From Callorhinchus milii (lineage: Eukaryota), in NCBI RefSeq assembly GCF_018977255.1, contig NW_024704743.1, positions 21,702,001-21,766,000 on the forward strand: DNA of 64,000 nt. The letters are read 5' to 3'. The notes below the pieces were generated by a model. The model made no database searches, had not been told where the DNA came from, and was given only the letters and a program-made list of their open reading frames with translations. Each line of letters starts with the position of its first letter. Position 1 is the stretch's first letter. Position numbers and translations under genes: made by a program. This document shows positions 26,086 through 37,750 of this stretch, piece by piece.

Positions 26086-28891
26086 TCCATACTGTAATTT
26101 ATAAATCCTATCTCTCTTTCGATTGATTTTATAGAACATCTTCCTTGCAAAGATTTGTCCAGATATTCTGTAGTGTATAATAATAAACATAATAATCATA
26201 ACGAGCCTCTCATTTTATACAGCTCCTTTTATGTCAGGAGGATGTTTCAAAGTACTTCACCAGATTTACTGTAAAGTGTGGTGACTGTGTATTTTGCAGG
26301 CAAATACCTACAATTAGTTTCACTTAACCCCCTTGGGGGAATCAACAGGATTTTCTTTTGGTTTCCCCTGTTACAGAAAGCAGGAATCACCTTTGCAGGA
26401 AGCTTTTGTTGTGTGATTTGAAGACTTTGGTGATTTCTAGTGCAAAAAAGTTATGGATTGCTGTGTTTTGTGCTGTTTTACATGTTTCCCAATTTCTGTG
26501 TTGACGCTATCCTGAATGGATTTCAATGGTTTCTAATGATTGCTGCTGCTCGATGGAGTGTTTCAGAGAATTGTTTTATAACTGTCAAGGGAAAAGGGCA
26601 ACGAAAATTGCAGAGGACATAATGTATGACAGAGCACGAGTCACATGAAGTATAATCTTCAGTGTAAATAGTGCTGGATTTAAAACCAATCTACCACAAA
26701 TAAACTGATATTCAGCTTTCCCATGACATGAATGATTTGTAATCTTTACAGTTCTATCTTATAGTACTGTTGGCATTGTGGCTTTAAGAATGTGTGATAT
26801 TTCTTCAGTCCACCAGATGGTGTAGATAGAAGTTTGTGTCTAGTGGTGAAACTAACCAGAGCAATGCAAGTGGTACAGATTGCACCTCCCAAACCTACAG
26901 CCTCTGTGTTATTTCTTCCCACAGCCTAACAATGGCAATTTGGAAAAGATCCTGAATTGTGATGGTTCAGCTGCTGAGACCATAGATGTAATCCAGAATC
27001 GTAATAGGTGTCAGCTTAGCTCAGTTGGCTCAGAACGCTTGCCTCTGAGTCAAAGGTTGTGGGTTCAAGCCCCACTTTGGGACTTTGAACTCACATTGTT
27101 TAGGCTGACACTCCAGGGTAGTACTGGGGTTGCATTGCGTTATTGAAGGTTTTGAATGAGATGTTAAACTGAAGTCCTGTCTGCCTGTTTAGATGGAAAT
27201 TAAAGATTCTAAAAGAAAAGGGAGTTTCCCCGATGAGATTAATCCCAACATGAAAAGTGTTATGTCAACCATTGACATTATTATTTAATAATAAAATAAC
27301 AATTATGTTGGCCCAGATAATGACTTCACATTTACTCTGTGTTGTGCCTGAACAATTAATGAATCCAATATAGTGTAAACTGACAACATTACCACAAATA
27401 GCTCCATTAGAGGTCCCAGTTAACTTTAATGAATCAGTAGATGTGATAATAATAATAATAATAATAATAATAATATAATCCTTGCATTTGATATAGCACC
27501 TTATCACGTTTGAGATAAATAAATGATCAATATGAAATACAAAAAATATTATGTGATAACACATCTATGCATTCTTTCCATAGAATTGGTTGAAGAACTG
27601 GCATGACTTAAAGCTTAAAGTCCTGATATTCTGGGTCTCACTAATAGTTAAAACCAGAGCTGAACTAACCTAGCAAGACACGCTGGTGCTCAGTCAGCCA
27701 GCAGAAGGAATCAAGTATGAGAGTTTTTTCACACTAAAGACTGAAAAGGTTTTCTCAAAATTGTACTTTTACCTAGGCTAGTCCCAGCTGGATCTTGAAC
27801 CTAAGTCCATATTGATTACCACATTTTATCTTAGGTCTTTAAACATCACTACATTCACAAGCTTCTAGCTTGCAATGTTTCATCAGCTGCTGAAATCCGC
27901 ACCTCCAATCATTGTCACATATTAATAAAGCCTATTGGTAACATTATCAAAGAATGTGCATAAATAAGCATCAGACTGATTAATTTAGTTTTGCCAGCCG
28001 GGTGTCTGTCACACAAGAAAATCCTTGACTGAACAGAAACCCTACCAAGAATTCCATATATGTATACCACCTACACATACATGGAAATTTCCTTGTGAGT
28101 GGAATGGAATGCACACTCTCTTCCTGGAGAAACACACCCTGCTTACTAATTCCAGAGTGTATTAGGTGCAGGTTGCAAAGAGCCAAGGCTCAGGGACCCC
28201 AGAGCGAATGTTGGGGAACTGTAAGAGTTTAATCAGCTAAAACAGCACAGTTTGCCATTGAAAGCACTGACTGACAAGCTTCCTAATCCGTGTTCAACTA
28301 GGACCACCTTACACACTAGGGGTTTGGCTTGCAGGGTTAACAGAAGCTGATTGGGAAAATTCCCTGTCCTTCCAAGTTCTGCAGACGAGACAAGTTGACT
28401 GGTCTGCCGTTAGCATTGACCTGGAATATTGGCTCATGAACCAAGGAATTCCTACTTACCTCCCCCCAAAGGAGGATGATGAATGTTGCAATGAGGATAG
28501 AATGGATAACCCATTCAAAGCAGAAACAAGTTGAAGTGAAAATAGATTTTGGTTAGTCAGGTTCTATCACTTCTAGAAACCCATCCCCATGCTCAAGAGT
28601 ATCCAAACTAAACTGAAAATTCCATTCATCCCACCTACACATGGAAATCCCAGAGATAGATTGTTGGAATGGAATGTGCACTCTCTCCCTGGAGGGATGC
28701 ATCCCGCTGCTGGAAAGTATTAGATGCAGATAGGCAATAGCCAAGGCTTGGGAACCCCAGAGTGTGCATTGGGATATTGGTGGAGTCTAACCAGCTAAAA
28801 CCGCATAGCTCGCCATTGATATCACTGCTTGGCAAGCTTTCTCACTGCTTGTCCATCTAGGACCACCCTACCCATTGTGTGCTTTGCCTTA

Positions 28892-29206
28892 GTGGAGTCC
28901 TGTAGCTCAGTGGTTAGAGCACTCGCTTTGCAAATGAGAGACTTGGGTTCAATTCCCGGCAAGGTGAAACCTTGGGCAAGTTTCCTTACTCCACACCCCT
29001 GTTAATAATCCTTCAAGAAAAAAAATAGTAAATTGGTCACTTCAGTCCACGACTGTTTGTGGGATACTGCTGTGCGCAATTGGCTGCCGCATTTCGCCCA
29101 CAAATATACAGTCAATTCACTTTACAGTCTATTCTGTGAAGCGCTTTGAGACGTCTAGAAGACATGAAAAGTGCTATATGAAATGCAAGTATTATTATTA
29201 TTATTA
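28892..29206 (+). mobile_element. SINE family A copy with an internal deletion, inserted into an unclassified repeat
   Basis: gtggagtcctgtagctcagtggttagagcactcgc...gggttcaattccc...aaatgcaagtattattatt. Confidence 0.9.
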
Positions 29207-29979
29207 CAGGGTTAACAGGAGCTGAGTGGTATGACTCCCTTTCCCCAGTGACTGGTCGGCCCTTTCAGATCCTGCCGATAAGCTAGGCTGGCTGTGCTGT
29301 CATCAGCAGTGCCCTGGAATACTGCAGATGCACCTGGCTCAGTAACACCGGACTACAGAGACTGCCACAGAGGGCTGGCTCGATTCCAACATACCAATGC
29401 CAAACATGTTACCTTGTCTGATTATTTGCTGGACATATATTTCTCATACACAAAAATAGATTTTCATATCAGTGAGATCAGTGCTAAAAATAAATGAATC
29501 ATAAATTCTGAAAAGTTTCCGAATTATAGATATATACCAGGCTGATAAACAAGCAGAGTCTTATGCAACCAAGCAGAGCACACAAAAGTCAATGAAGGCA
29601 GATTACACAAAAGTTTGGGTAAAACAGTCAGTTTGTATTAGCAGAAGAATATGTAAGGAATATATTTTAAAAAACCTTTTATAGTACGTCAAGCTTGAAT
29701 GACTCTCTGATTCTGAAAAAAAGTAAAATAATGTTCGGAATATTTACAGTTAAAAGAACACAGAAGTAAATGTAAGTGTCATTGTATGATCATTAATGCA
29801 TCAACCCAACACTTACCCAGGCTCTGACGTACAAGATAACATGCTAACAGTGAAAATTGCTCCTCGTGGAATCTTTCAGCGGAAGTATATTTGGATGAAC
29901 ATCTGACAACAAATCAAACTTCTTACAAATGCATACTCTGGTGAATCATGTATGTGACAATAAATCATTCATTACTTAC

Positions 29980-30048
29980 TGGAAAATACAGAAGCAAAGA
30001 TCCAAAAAGAATTGTCTCCAACAGCACCAGCCCTGACGCTCGAATACT
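29980..30048 (-). CDS. GPR158: GPR158-family coding exon (equivalent of exon 5): SIRASGLVLLETILFGSLLLYFP (ICL1/TM2)
   Basis: Too short for the ORF track; read by hand. Acceptor tcgttctttcAG (30049-30050), donor CCA|GTAAGT (29978-29979), 69 nt, phase 0/0. Differs by one residue from recalled GPR158 SIRASGLILLETILFGSLLLYFP and is further from GPR179. Confidence 0.95.
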
Positions 30049-32950
30049 CTGAAAGAACGAAAAAGAGATAATATATTTACTTACAGAACTAAAACATAAT
30101 AGAGTATTCTAAGTAAACAAGTTAACAAACAAATGCCACCTAATGCCAAACAGCAATGCCTTTGAAATAGATTAATGCACTTGGCAGGAAAGTTCAACTC
30201 AGCTATGCTCACCAATGTGCTTAGTTAAGATGAACAGCCATAGTCCTGATGAAACATCTTCATAATTGGCACCAACCACAGCTTCTATCTCACAGGATTC
30301 TACCAATTTCAGCACATAAGGCCTTAATTTAGTCCACTGTTCCTGTGGAGTACCAGCTCCCCCATCAACATGTGACATTTTAAAAATGATTTCCTACCAG
30401 TTTTCATTTTTAATTTTTCCATTTTCTGCTTCCTTGCTTACTGTTTATTGCCTATTTATAAATACTTAAATCTGCTACTATGTGCTTCTTGAAGGTTCAC
30501 TTCACGTTCACATTACCCTTTAAACATATGCATCTCACAGTCCAAGATGGAATGCACAAGATGAAAACCTCTCGCTTGGTGTTGCCCAACTGAAAGGTAT
30601 AGAAATAAACAAAACATGGTCAAACTTCATACAGGATGGGCTATCGGATGCAGAATCTTAAGATATGTTATCCTTTAATGTCAGGGACTTGTGCTTGAAT
30701 CCATCTCTTAATGATGGGATATGGAAGTTTCCTTTCTCTGTTGGCTGTAAGATTCCTTACAAGAAATCAGATTAGGTAGTTTCATTCCAGTTCCAAGTAG
30801 ATCTGCTCACGCAGAAAGAAACTGCCTGTAATGTCACACATATAGACATCATTTCAATCTGACCTGGAATGATGCAGTAGGAATTTATCTTTGGAGTCTG
30901 GGATTAAGGCAGAGTAACGAGAGTAGTCAGAACTCAACCAGAGGTTTTGGGTTCAAATCCCACATCAGAACTTTGAGCTCATAGTCTAGGCTGACACTCC
31001 AGTACAGTCCTGCATTGGTAGACGTATTGACCCTTTGGATTAGATGAAACTAAGGTCCTGTCTCCCTGTTCACGTGGACATTAAAGATCCCACAGCATTA
31101 ATCAAAAAAAGGAGGAAGTTTCGCCTGATGTCTCTGCCAACAATTCTCTAAATAAACTTCATACTTGTTTGTGTGACATTGTTATGTGCAAATTGTCTGC
31201 CATGTCTGCCTATAATATATATACCGTGAAGTGTTTTGAGGCGCCCTTTTAATGTGAAGGGAGCTATATCATAGATATAGACATAGGTGGAACTTCTCCC
31301 GCTAAGAAGTTGGAAAAAGCATTGGAATCCCCCACAATCTGGAACTCCATCCTACAGTCCTCCACCTTGCCCCCTCCCTTGCCTCCTTCAAGACCCGACT
31401 AAAGACCCTCCTCTTTGGCCAATCTTTGGATCACCCTGCTTCCTCCATCCTCCCCAATCCCGACCCCCAGCTCAGAGCTGAAATACTGACTATCCAGCAT
31501 CTTGGGACATCTTCCCGACATGAAAGACGCGAAACAAATGTAATTTTGTTGTTGTTGTGGTTGTTGCAATGAAGCCTTGTTAAGAAATAGGACGCTGAAC
31601 CATTGGGCATTTGCACTTCAGTGCTCTTACTGCATTAGTATTCAATAAAGAAAGGAGTTTTCAGGCATGTAGTGTAATTTAGATGCTTTGATGCACTTGT
31701 ATGGGTAGCTGTAGGGACTTTCATTTGAATAGCCTATTTTAGGTAGCTATAGAATTAAAGGGCTCAACATTCAATTTGGCCTGAAAATTCAACGGCTTGG
31801 ATCACTTTGATAAGAATTAAACTAAGCCATTGAATATGCATTAGTTCCCCCGTCCTTACAGTAATGTCTCCGGAGTGTTTCTCAAGGCAGAAATCACTAA
31901 AATAGCTGGATATTTAATGGATAAGATGGTTCTGAAAAGCTTTACAATTCATTGCGTGTATGGGTGTATGTTTTGTTGGCATGTCTCTGTGTATGTGTAT
32001 GTCTACTGACAGTGATAAAATAATAGTCCACGTTTCCTTCTCTTCCCGCCAAATCAGAACATATTTCTGTTTCCATAACCACTTGTTACCGAAAACAAAT
32101 CCCCAAATTGCTTAGTGTCTGAATTGTCAAATGTACATTGTGCATTTTTTAGAAAAGCAGATTGTTTAAAATTAAGTATTACTCATTGGTGCACGCTCAT
32201 CTGAATTAAATTTGTTTTCTTGCAATACAGTAGTTATCGAACATGAGCATGAAAGGAAATAGGAATCCTTAAGGACAAAAGGCAGGTTGGAGATTTCAAT
32301 GTCAGAACACCTGTCTGAGGTGTCAGATATCTACGAACTGTATATGAGCCATTGGCCATTTAGGCTAACATTGTTGCAATTAGTAAACAACATAAAATAT
32401 GGAACGAGAAATGATTGATTAAGCCTCTTGGTTCTACGTACAATAAGCAATTAATCTTGTTACATGCTCCATCCAATTTATCCAACTTCTTAATGGATGT
32501 GATCATCTATAGGTGCCCAAGGTTATAAAGCTCAATAGAATTTGTCCCTGACTGACAGGAGAAATCTGCCAAAAACTGCATTAGTTTGCATTATTCAATG
32601 CTGGAATTTGTACTCTATAATCCCAGAAGCACAGGAAGTATCATGTTTAGAGGAATATTTGATAACCTTTGTGTACACGTGTTCTAAAATCATGAATCCA
32701 GCTCAATGAAGCATCTGAGCCCATTAGCCCTCCTACTGCACAGGATCAAACGAGAGGCAGGGATGTAATAGGCCTCTCAGTCCATTTGATCCCATCCTTC
32801 CAGAATGCACACTCTAGCATTCTCCCATTACATCATCAAGCTATTTTATAAATGAATCCAGGATCTAATCCTGAAGTACCTTCTGGTAATCTGTTCAAGT
32901 TGGGTTAAATACTCTCTTGGTAAAGAACATCAACAATGTCCCCAAAATGC

Positions 32951-33760
32951 AACAACAACAACAACAACTTGGATTTATATAGTGCCCTCCATGCCGGACG
33001 GCGTCTCAGAGAGCTTTACAGTAACGGATCCCGGGGCCAAGCCAGGGGGATGGCGGGAGGAAGGTGACCAAAGGCGCAGTTGAAAAGAAAGGTCTTCAGC
33101 AGAGACCTGAAAATGGGAAGGGAGGGAGCGAGGCGAAGGGATTGAGGAAGGCAGTTCCAGAACCTCAGGGCATAGTGGCTGAAGGCAAGGCCGCCGAGGG
33201 TGAAGTGGAGGACTCGGGTGATGAGGAGGAAACCAGACCTGGAGGAACGAAGGCAATGGGTACTGTTTTGAGGAGAGAGGAGGTCAGAGAGGTAGAAGGG
33301 TGCAGAGGAGTGCAGGGACTTGAATACAAGGGTGAGGATCTTGAAATCACCTTCTGATAATCTGTTCCAGTTGTTAAATACCCTCTTGGTGAAGAACATT
33401 AACAAGGCCCCCAAAATGCTCCTGAGCATTCCTTACTCAGTGCTTGACGAAGAGCTCAAACATGGTCTACTTAGTGAACACTGGTTTGCTTAACGTCCCC
33501 TGCTCTATCCAACACACGATCGGCAGGTGGGCGGGTTATCAGCCATTCTGCTCTCTGGAACTCCATCCTGGAGTCCTTCCAGCTTGCTCCTTCTCCTTGC
33601 TCAAGGCCAGTTTCAAATCTTACCACTTTGACCAGACATTTGGTCATCTTTCCCCTCTGCAACTGCTCAGCTCCCACATCATGATGAATGCCCATAATAC
33701 TTTGTCAAGGGCTTTGAGACGTCCTTGCGGCGTAAAGGCACTGTATAAATGTAAGTTCTA
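32951..33760. mobile_element. L2 3' end on minus (32951-33350) and older L2 3' end on plus (about 33420-33760)
   Basis: FKILTLVFKSLH...FWNCLPQSL motif; L2 termini. Confidence 0.85.
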
Positions 33761-36536
33761 TTGTGTTTTATGTCTCACGCATTTTAAAACATCAAGCTGA
33801 CATAGAAATGCATTTTAAATTCTAAAGCCTTTGTAGTCATGAATCTCCTAAGAATATTAGCTAAAGCAGAGCTTCACTCATTTTCTTTCATTGCCTTTGG
33901 TGACGTCAGCCAGTAATGGGATTTCCCATTAAAGTCATACAGCGCCACAAGTCCTACATAGAATGCTGAATGGAATTTTTACCCATCATTGATTTGGGGA
34001 ATTTTAGGAATGTTTGATTTTGTCGAAAGACCTTGTAGATTTTAAGGATTGATTTTTCAAGAATTGATGTATTGGCCGTGCAATAAACGACATTCCAGAC
34101 ATTTGGAAGAAAATGCCGCATGTATTTTTACAGTGCTTTGACATGCGAAAATGTCTCAAAGTGCTGCATAAGTAAGTACTGTCAAGTGTAGTGACAGTTA
34201 TTGTAGGTAAATATTTAGGGTATTTTAAGCAAATATTAACAGCTGTTCACATATTCTAGTTTGGGTTTAATACAACATTAAACCAGTCCATTGAATGCAA
34301 ATCAAATATCAAATGCAAGTATTATTATTTTAACAATTGATGTAACCAGACTAAGACTGCTACAAAGTGTATTTTTGCGTTTTTACCCAATTCTCATGGG
34401 AAATTGGGCAATTATTTAATTCTAAAAAAAATTCTACATTCTAACCATAATCACTTCATTTCCCTGTTGCAAAAATATTTATTTTCTTCACAAGTACAAG
34501 TAATTTAATCATTGCACAGAAACTGATGTCAATTTCACCCATCTGAAATAGTGACATTTGTGATTATAATTCGCCAGCTTTCGACATCAATTTTTTAATT
34601 ATCTACAGTTTACTGTGAACCCCCTTAACAGGAAATTATGTTACATCTGAACAGCTGTTTTGGGAGTTTGATGTCTATGCTTCACGCTGTGTTCATACTG
34701 CACATTTTGTGATGAATCACCTTTGGAAGCCTCATGCTCAAACCATCTTGAACAGATTGTTTCAATGGTACTTAGGTTCTGACTAGAGCAGGAGAAACCC
34801 AATAGTGACAATGACTCAGGCTCTTCTCCCAAATGGTCTCATCAATGGATCGTTTTTGAATTTTATTAAAGAGCTGGCGTCTGAGTCTTTAATAACATTG
34901 TTACCCCTGGAAAAACGATCCGCCAATCGACTAACAACTGGGTTCCTACGCTAAAGGATGCCACATTAAAGAAAATACAATGCCCAGAGTTCTGGAGGCA
35001 TGTGGCCTTTGAGAACAATGTTCAGGAGAGGAAGGAGTGGGGGTTGCAGCTTGCATGCGAACATCTGGATCCACTTCCTATCAAGTTTAGGAGACCTCCG
35101 TAGTCTCCTAAACAATAATGACAAATTACATTTGTATAGTGCCTTTCACGTCGGGAGGATGTCCCAAAGTGCTGGACAGTCAATTTAGGAACTAGAAGTG
35201 AAATCCAGTCAACACCTTATCAAAAGACCCACCTCATGGGAACAAATTCAAGAGCCATCTTAGCACAAAAGAATTCAATCACCATATACTATTCAGCTCC
35301 GTGAACTGCTTAGAAATATCCTCCCGATGTGAAAAGCCCATCATTAATGTAAATTGTATTTATCACAAGGAGGATGAAACCCTCTTCAAAATCAACGGTT
35401 GCGAAGAATTGCCATTTGCCTTAACATCTTTTTAAAATCTGTTTGTCTTTGTCTGGAATGTGTGGCTTTTGAGCAGTGAGCAATTGGCATCAGGGAACTG
35501 GTTTGAAGGAATTAATGAGTCTGTTCGTGGAAGTGAACGTAATAAATGTCAGTACTTATTAACAAGGGTGCTGCCACCATTTATCCATTTCAACAAGGTG
35601 AAAAAATTCAGCTTCCTCACATTAGCATCTGTCACAGTCTCCAGTCATTGTATCCATTGCAACATCAATCTCTGCATCACTTTTATTTAGCAGAGAAGGG
35701 GTTAATTTTCGCAATTATGACTGTGCAAATCATAAGGTTTGGAACAAATCCCGAAGGTCTTGCAAATCACTCTCCAAATCCAATAGGATTTACGAGGTAG
35801 ATGAAGAATATGTTCAAATCTATTTTAAGGGTTTTTTTTATCAAAGAGAAAGCATCAAGGTAATATAAAATTTTCATTCTTCAATTTCTCCATCTCTTAA
35901 TTAAACTCTTGAGCAAAAATCAAGCTTACTGAAACTAAGCAATTATCATCAACCAACGATCTGCCACGGGCAGGACTGATTCACCGTTGACCATGGAAGC
36001 CACTGGGTCTGACTGAGGTGCACTTGATGTCTGACTGAGGATTCTGACTGAAACATTGCTCTCCTCTGTTGTTTTATACCATTATTTTGCAATTACAAAG
36101 GCGTAGCATTAAAACGAGAAACAAGATGGTTAGAACTGAGGTTAGGAAACATGGGTTGTGTGGATTGGACGTGGAATGCTCTGCTGCAGAAAGCTAATGA
36201 GGCAGAATCAACAGGGATGTTTAAGAAAGAAAGAAACAGATACTCGGGTAGTAGAGGTATTAAGGAGTATGGCAAAAGAGCAATGTATTGCGATGAAAAG
36301 ATTTGACAAGATCTCCTAAAGCGATGGAACAGGCTTGATTGGTTGAATGGTCTCCTGCTTTTTTCCTTTGTTCCAAATCCGGTGTTCGATAAAAATGTTA
36401 TTCCACATTCCATTTGTTCTTGGACTGAGTCTGGATATATTCAATAGTTGGTGGGAAAGAGCCAAACAACAGTTAAGTGCTGTGACTTATTTTGGTCTTC
36501 CCATTTTAGGAAAGTTATCAGGGAGAGAGAGCAAAG

Positions 36537-36689
36537 GAGATTTACTAGCATGATACCAGGTATGAGTGGTTTCACCTATGAACAAAGACCTAAGGAACAT
36601 GGCACTATTGTCAATGAAAGAAAGTAGGTTCCTCAGGTCTTTGCTCATAGGTGAACCCACCCATACATGGCATCATGCTACTAAATCTC
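36537..36689. repeat. Inverted repeat, 62-bp arms and 29-nt loop
   Basis: 36537-36598 is the reverse complement of 36628-36689 with 7 mismatches. Confidence 0.95.
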
Positions 36690-37046
36690 TAACATGATAG
36701 AGATTGTTACAGCTCCAACAACAATTTGGATTTATATTGCACACTTCCTGCAGGAAAGCGTCTCAGAGTTATGAAATGTGTTCATACAATTATGAAGGGG
36801 ATTGATAGAGTAACTAGGGAGACATTACTTCTACTGATTGGTAGGTCAGTGTCTTGAGGGCATCAATTTACCAACTTCAACAACAACTTGCATTTATATA
36901 GCGCTTTTCATCAGGGCAGTATCTCGGAGTGCTTTATGATAGCAAAGCAGCAAAGAAGGAGATCAGAAGGTTTGTTTGCAGAGATGTGAGAATGTGGAAT
37001 GCCTTGCCAGTGTGGTGGTCAAGGCAGGATCCATATTCGCTTTCAA

Positions 37047-37330
37047 TAACAACAAGATTACATTTGTATAGCGCCTTTCACATCGGGAGGATATCCCAAG
37101 ATGCTGGACAGTGTGTAGCATTTTAGACCTGAGCTGGGGTCAGGGGGGGAGAAGGGAGGGGAGGGGAAGGGGGGTGACCAATGGCATGGTCGAAGAGGAG
37201 GGTTTTAAGGCAGGACTTGAAGGAGGCTAAGGAGGGGGAGAGGTGGAGTGATTGGGGGATGGAATTCCAGAGATTGTGGGCAGAGTGGCTAAAGGCTCTT
37301 CCACCAATGGTGGGGCGGGTGGGTTGGGGC
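37047..37330 (-). mobile_element. Young L2 3' end inserted into a CR1 remnant, with an 8-bp target-site duplication
   Basis: GCTTTCAA at 37039-37046 and 37329-37336. Confidence 0.88.
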
Positions 37331-37559
37331 TTTCAAGAAGGAATGAGATAGATATCTAAAGTGGAATAGCCTGTAGGGGCAAAGGGATAAGACAGGTAAA
37401 TGGGACACAACGGATTGTTCTTTTCAAGAGCCAGCATCGACGAGATGTGCTAATTGGCCTTTATTCTGTGCTATAAATTACTATGGCTCTATAGAATCTA
37501 TGGTTCAATATTTCAAAAAAGCATCTACTAATGTAAAGATATTCCCACTGCTTGGGTAA

Positions 37560-37750
37560 CACATTGCCCTTTCATTTCTGGAAATTCTGTTTGAATCTAA
37601 TCCAGACAGATGGAATGAAAATGCCTTCTCTCAGCAGGCCTTGTGGAGCTTATGTTAAATGAGTTCAGCAAGTTCAAGTCAGTTCCTAGTAGGTATAGGT
37701 CACAGCAAAACTTGCCTCAATTTGGCAATCTCACTCAGAGAGAACCCACG
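37560..37750 (+). mobile_element. LF-SINE-like relic; related copies at 30640-30870(+) and 480-640(-)
   Basis: cctttcatttctgg..ttgaatc..ccag..cttatgttaaatgagtt..cagttcctagt..ttggcaatctca follows the recalled LF-SINE 5' consensus order. Confidence 0.55.

Larger units (their letters stand above)
36140..37495 (+). mobile_element. CR1 3' remnants (two copies), interrupted by L2 tails and a fold-back duplication. Smaller CR1 remnants near 8940-9060, 38990-39300, 42360-42830, 46740-47140 and 52310-52575
   Basis: RRFTSMIPGM..FTYEQR, IMKGIDRV, VRMWNALP; 3' UTR ...ggccttta ttctgtgctataaattactatg. Confidence 0.75.

Noticed and set aside
28892..28965. tRNA-Ala-like sequences as real tRNA genes
   Set aside because: The acceptor stem is poor, there is no pol III terminator, and every copy continues into a SINE body.
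1..29800. GPR158 exon 6 (VVILYF...LKLHR-like) and later exons
   Set aside because: Not found by eye on the minus strand and probably outside the window. The donor-like site near 1355 has no matching peptide.
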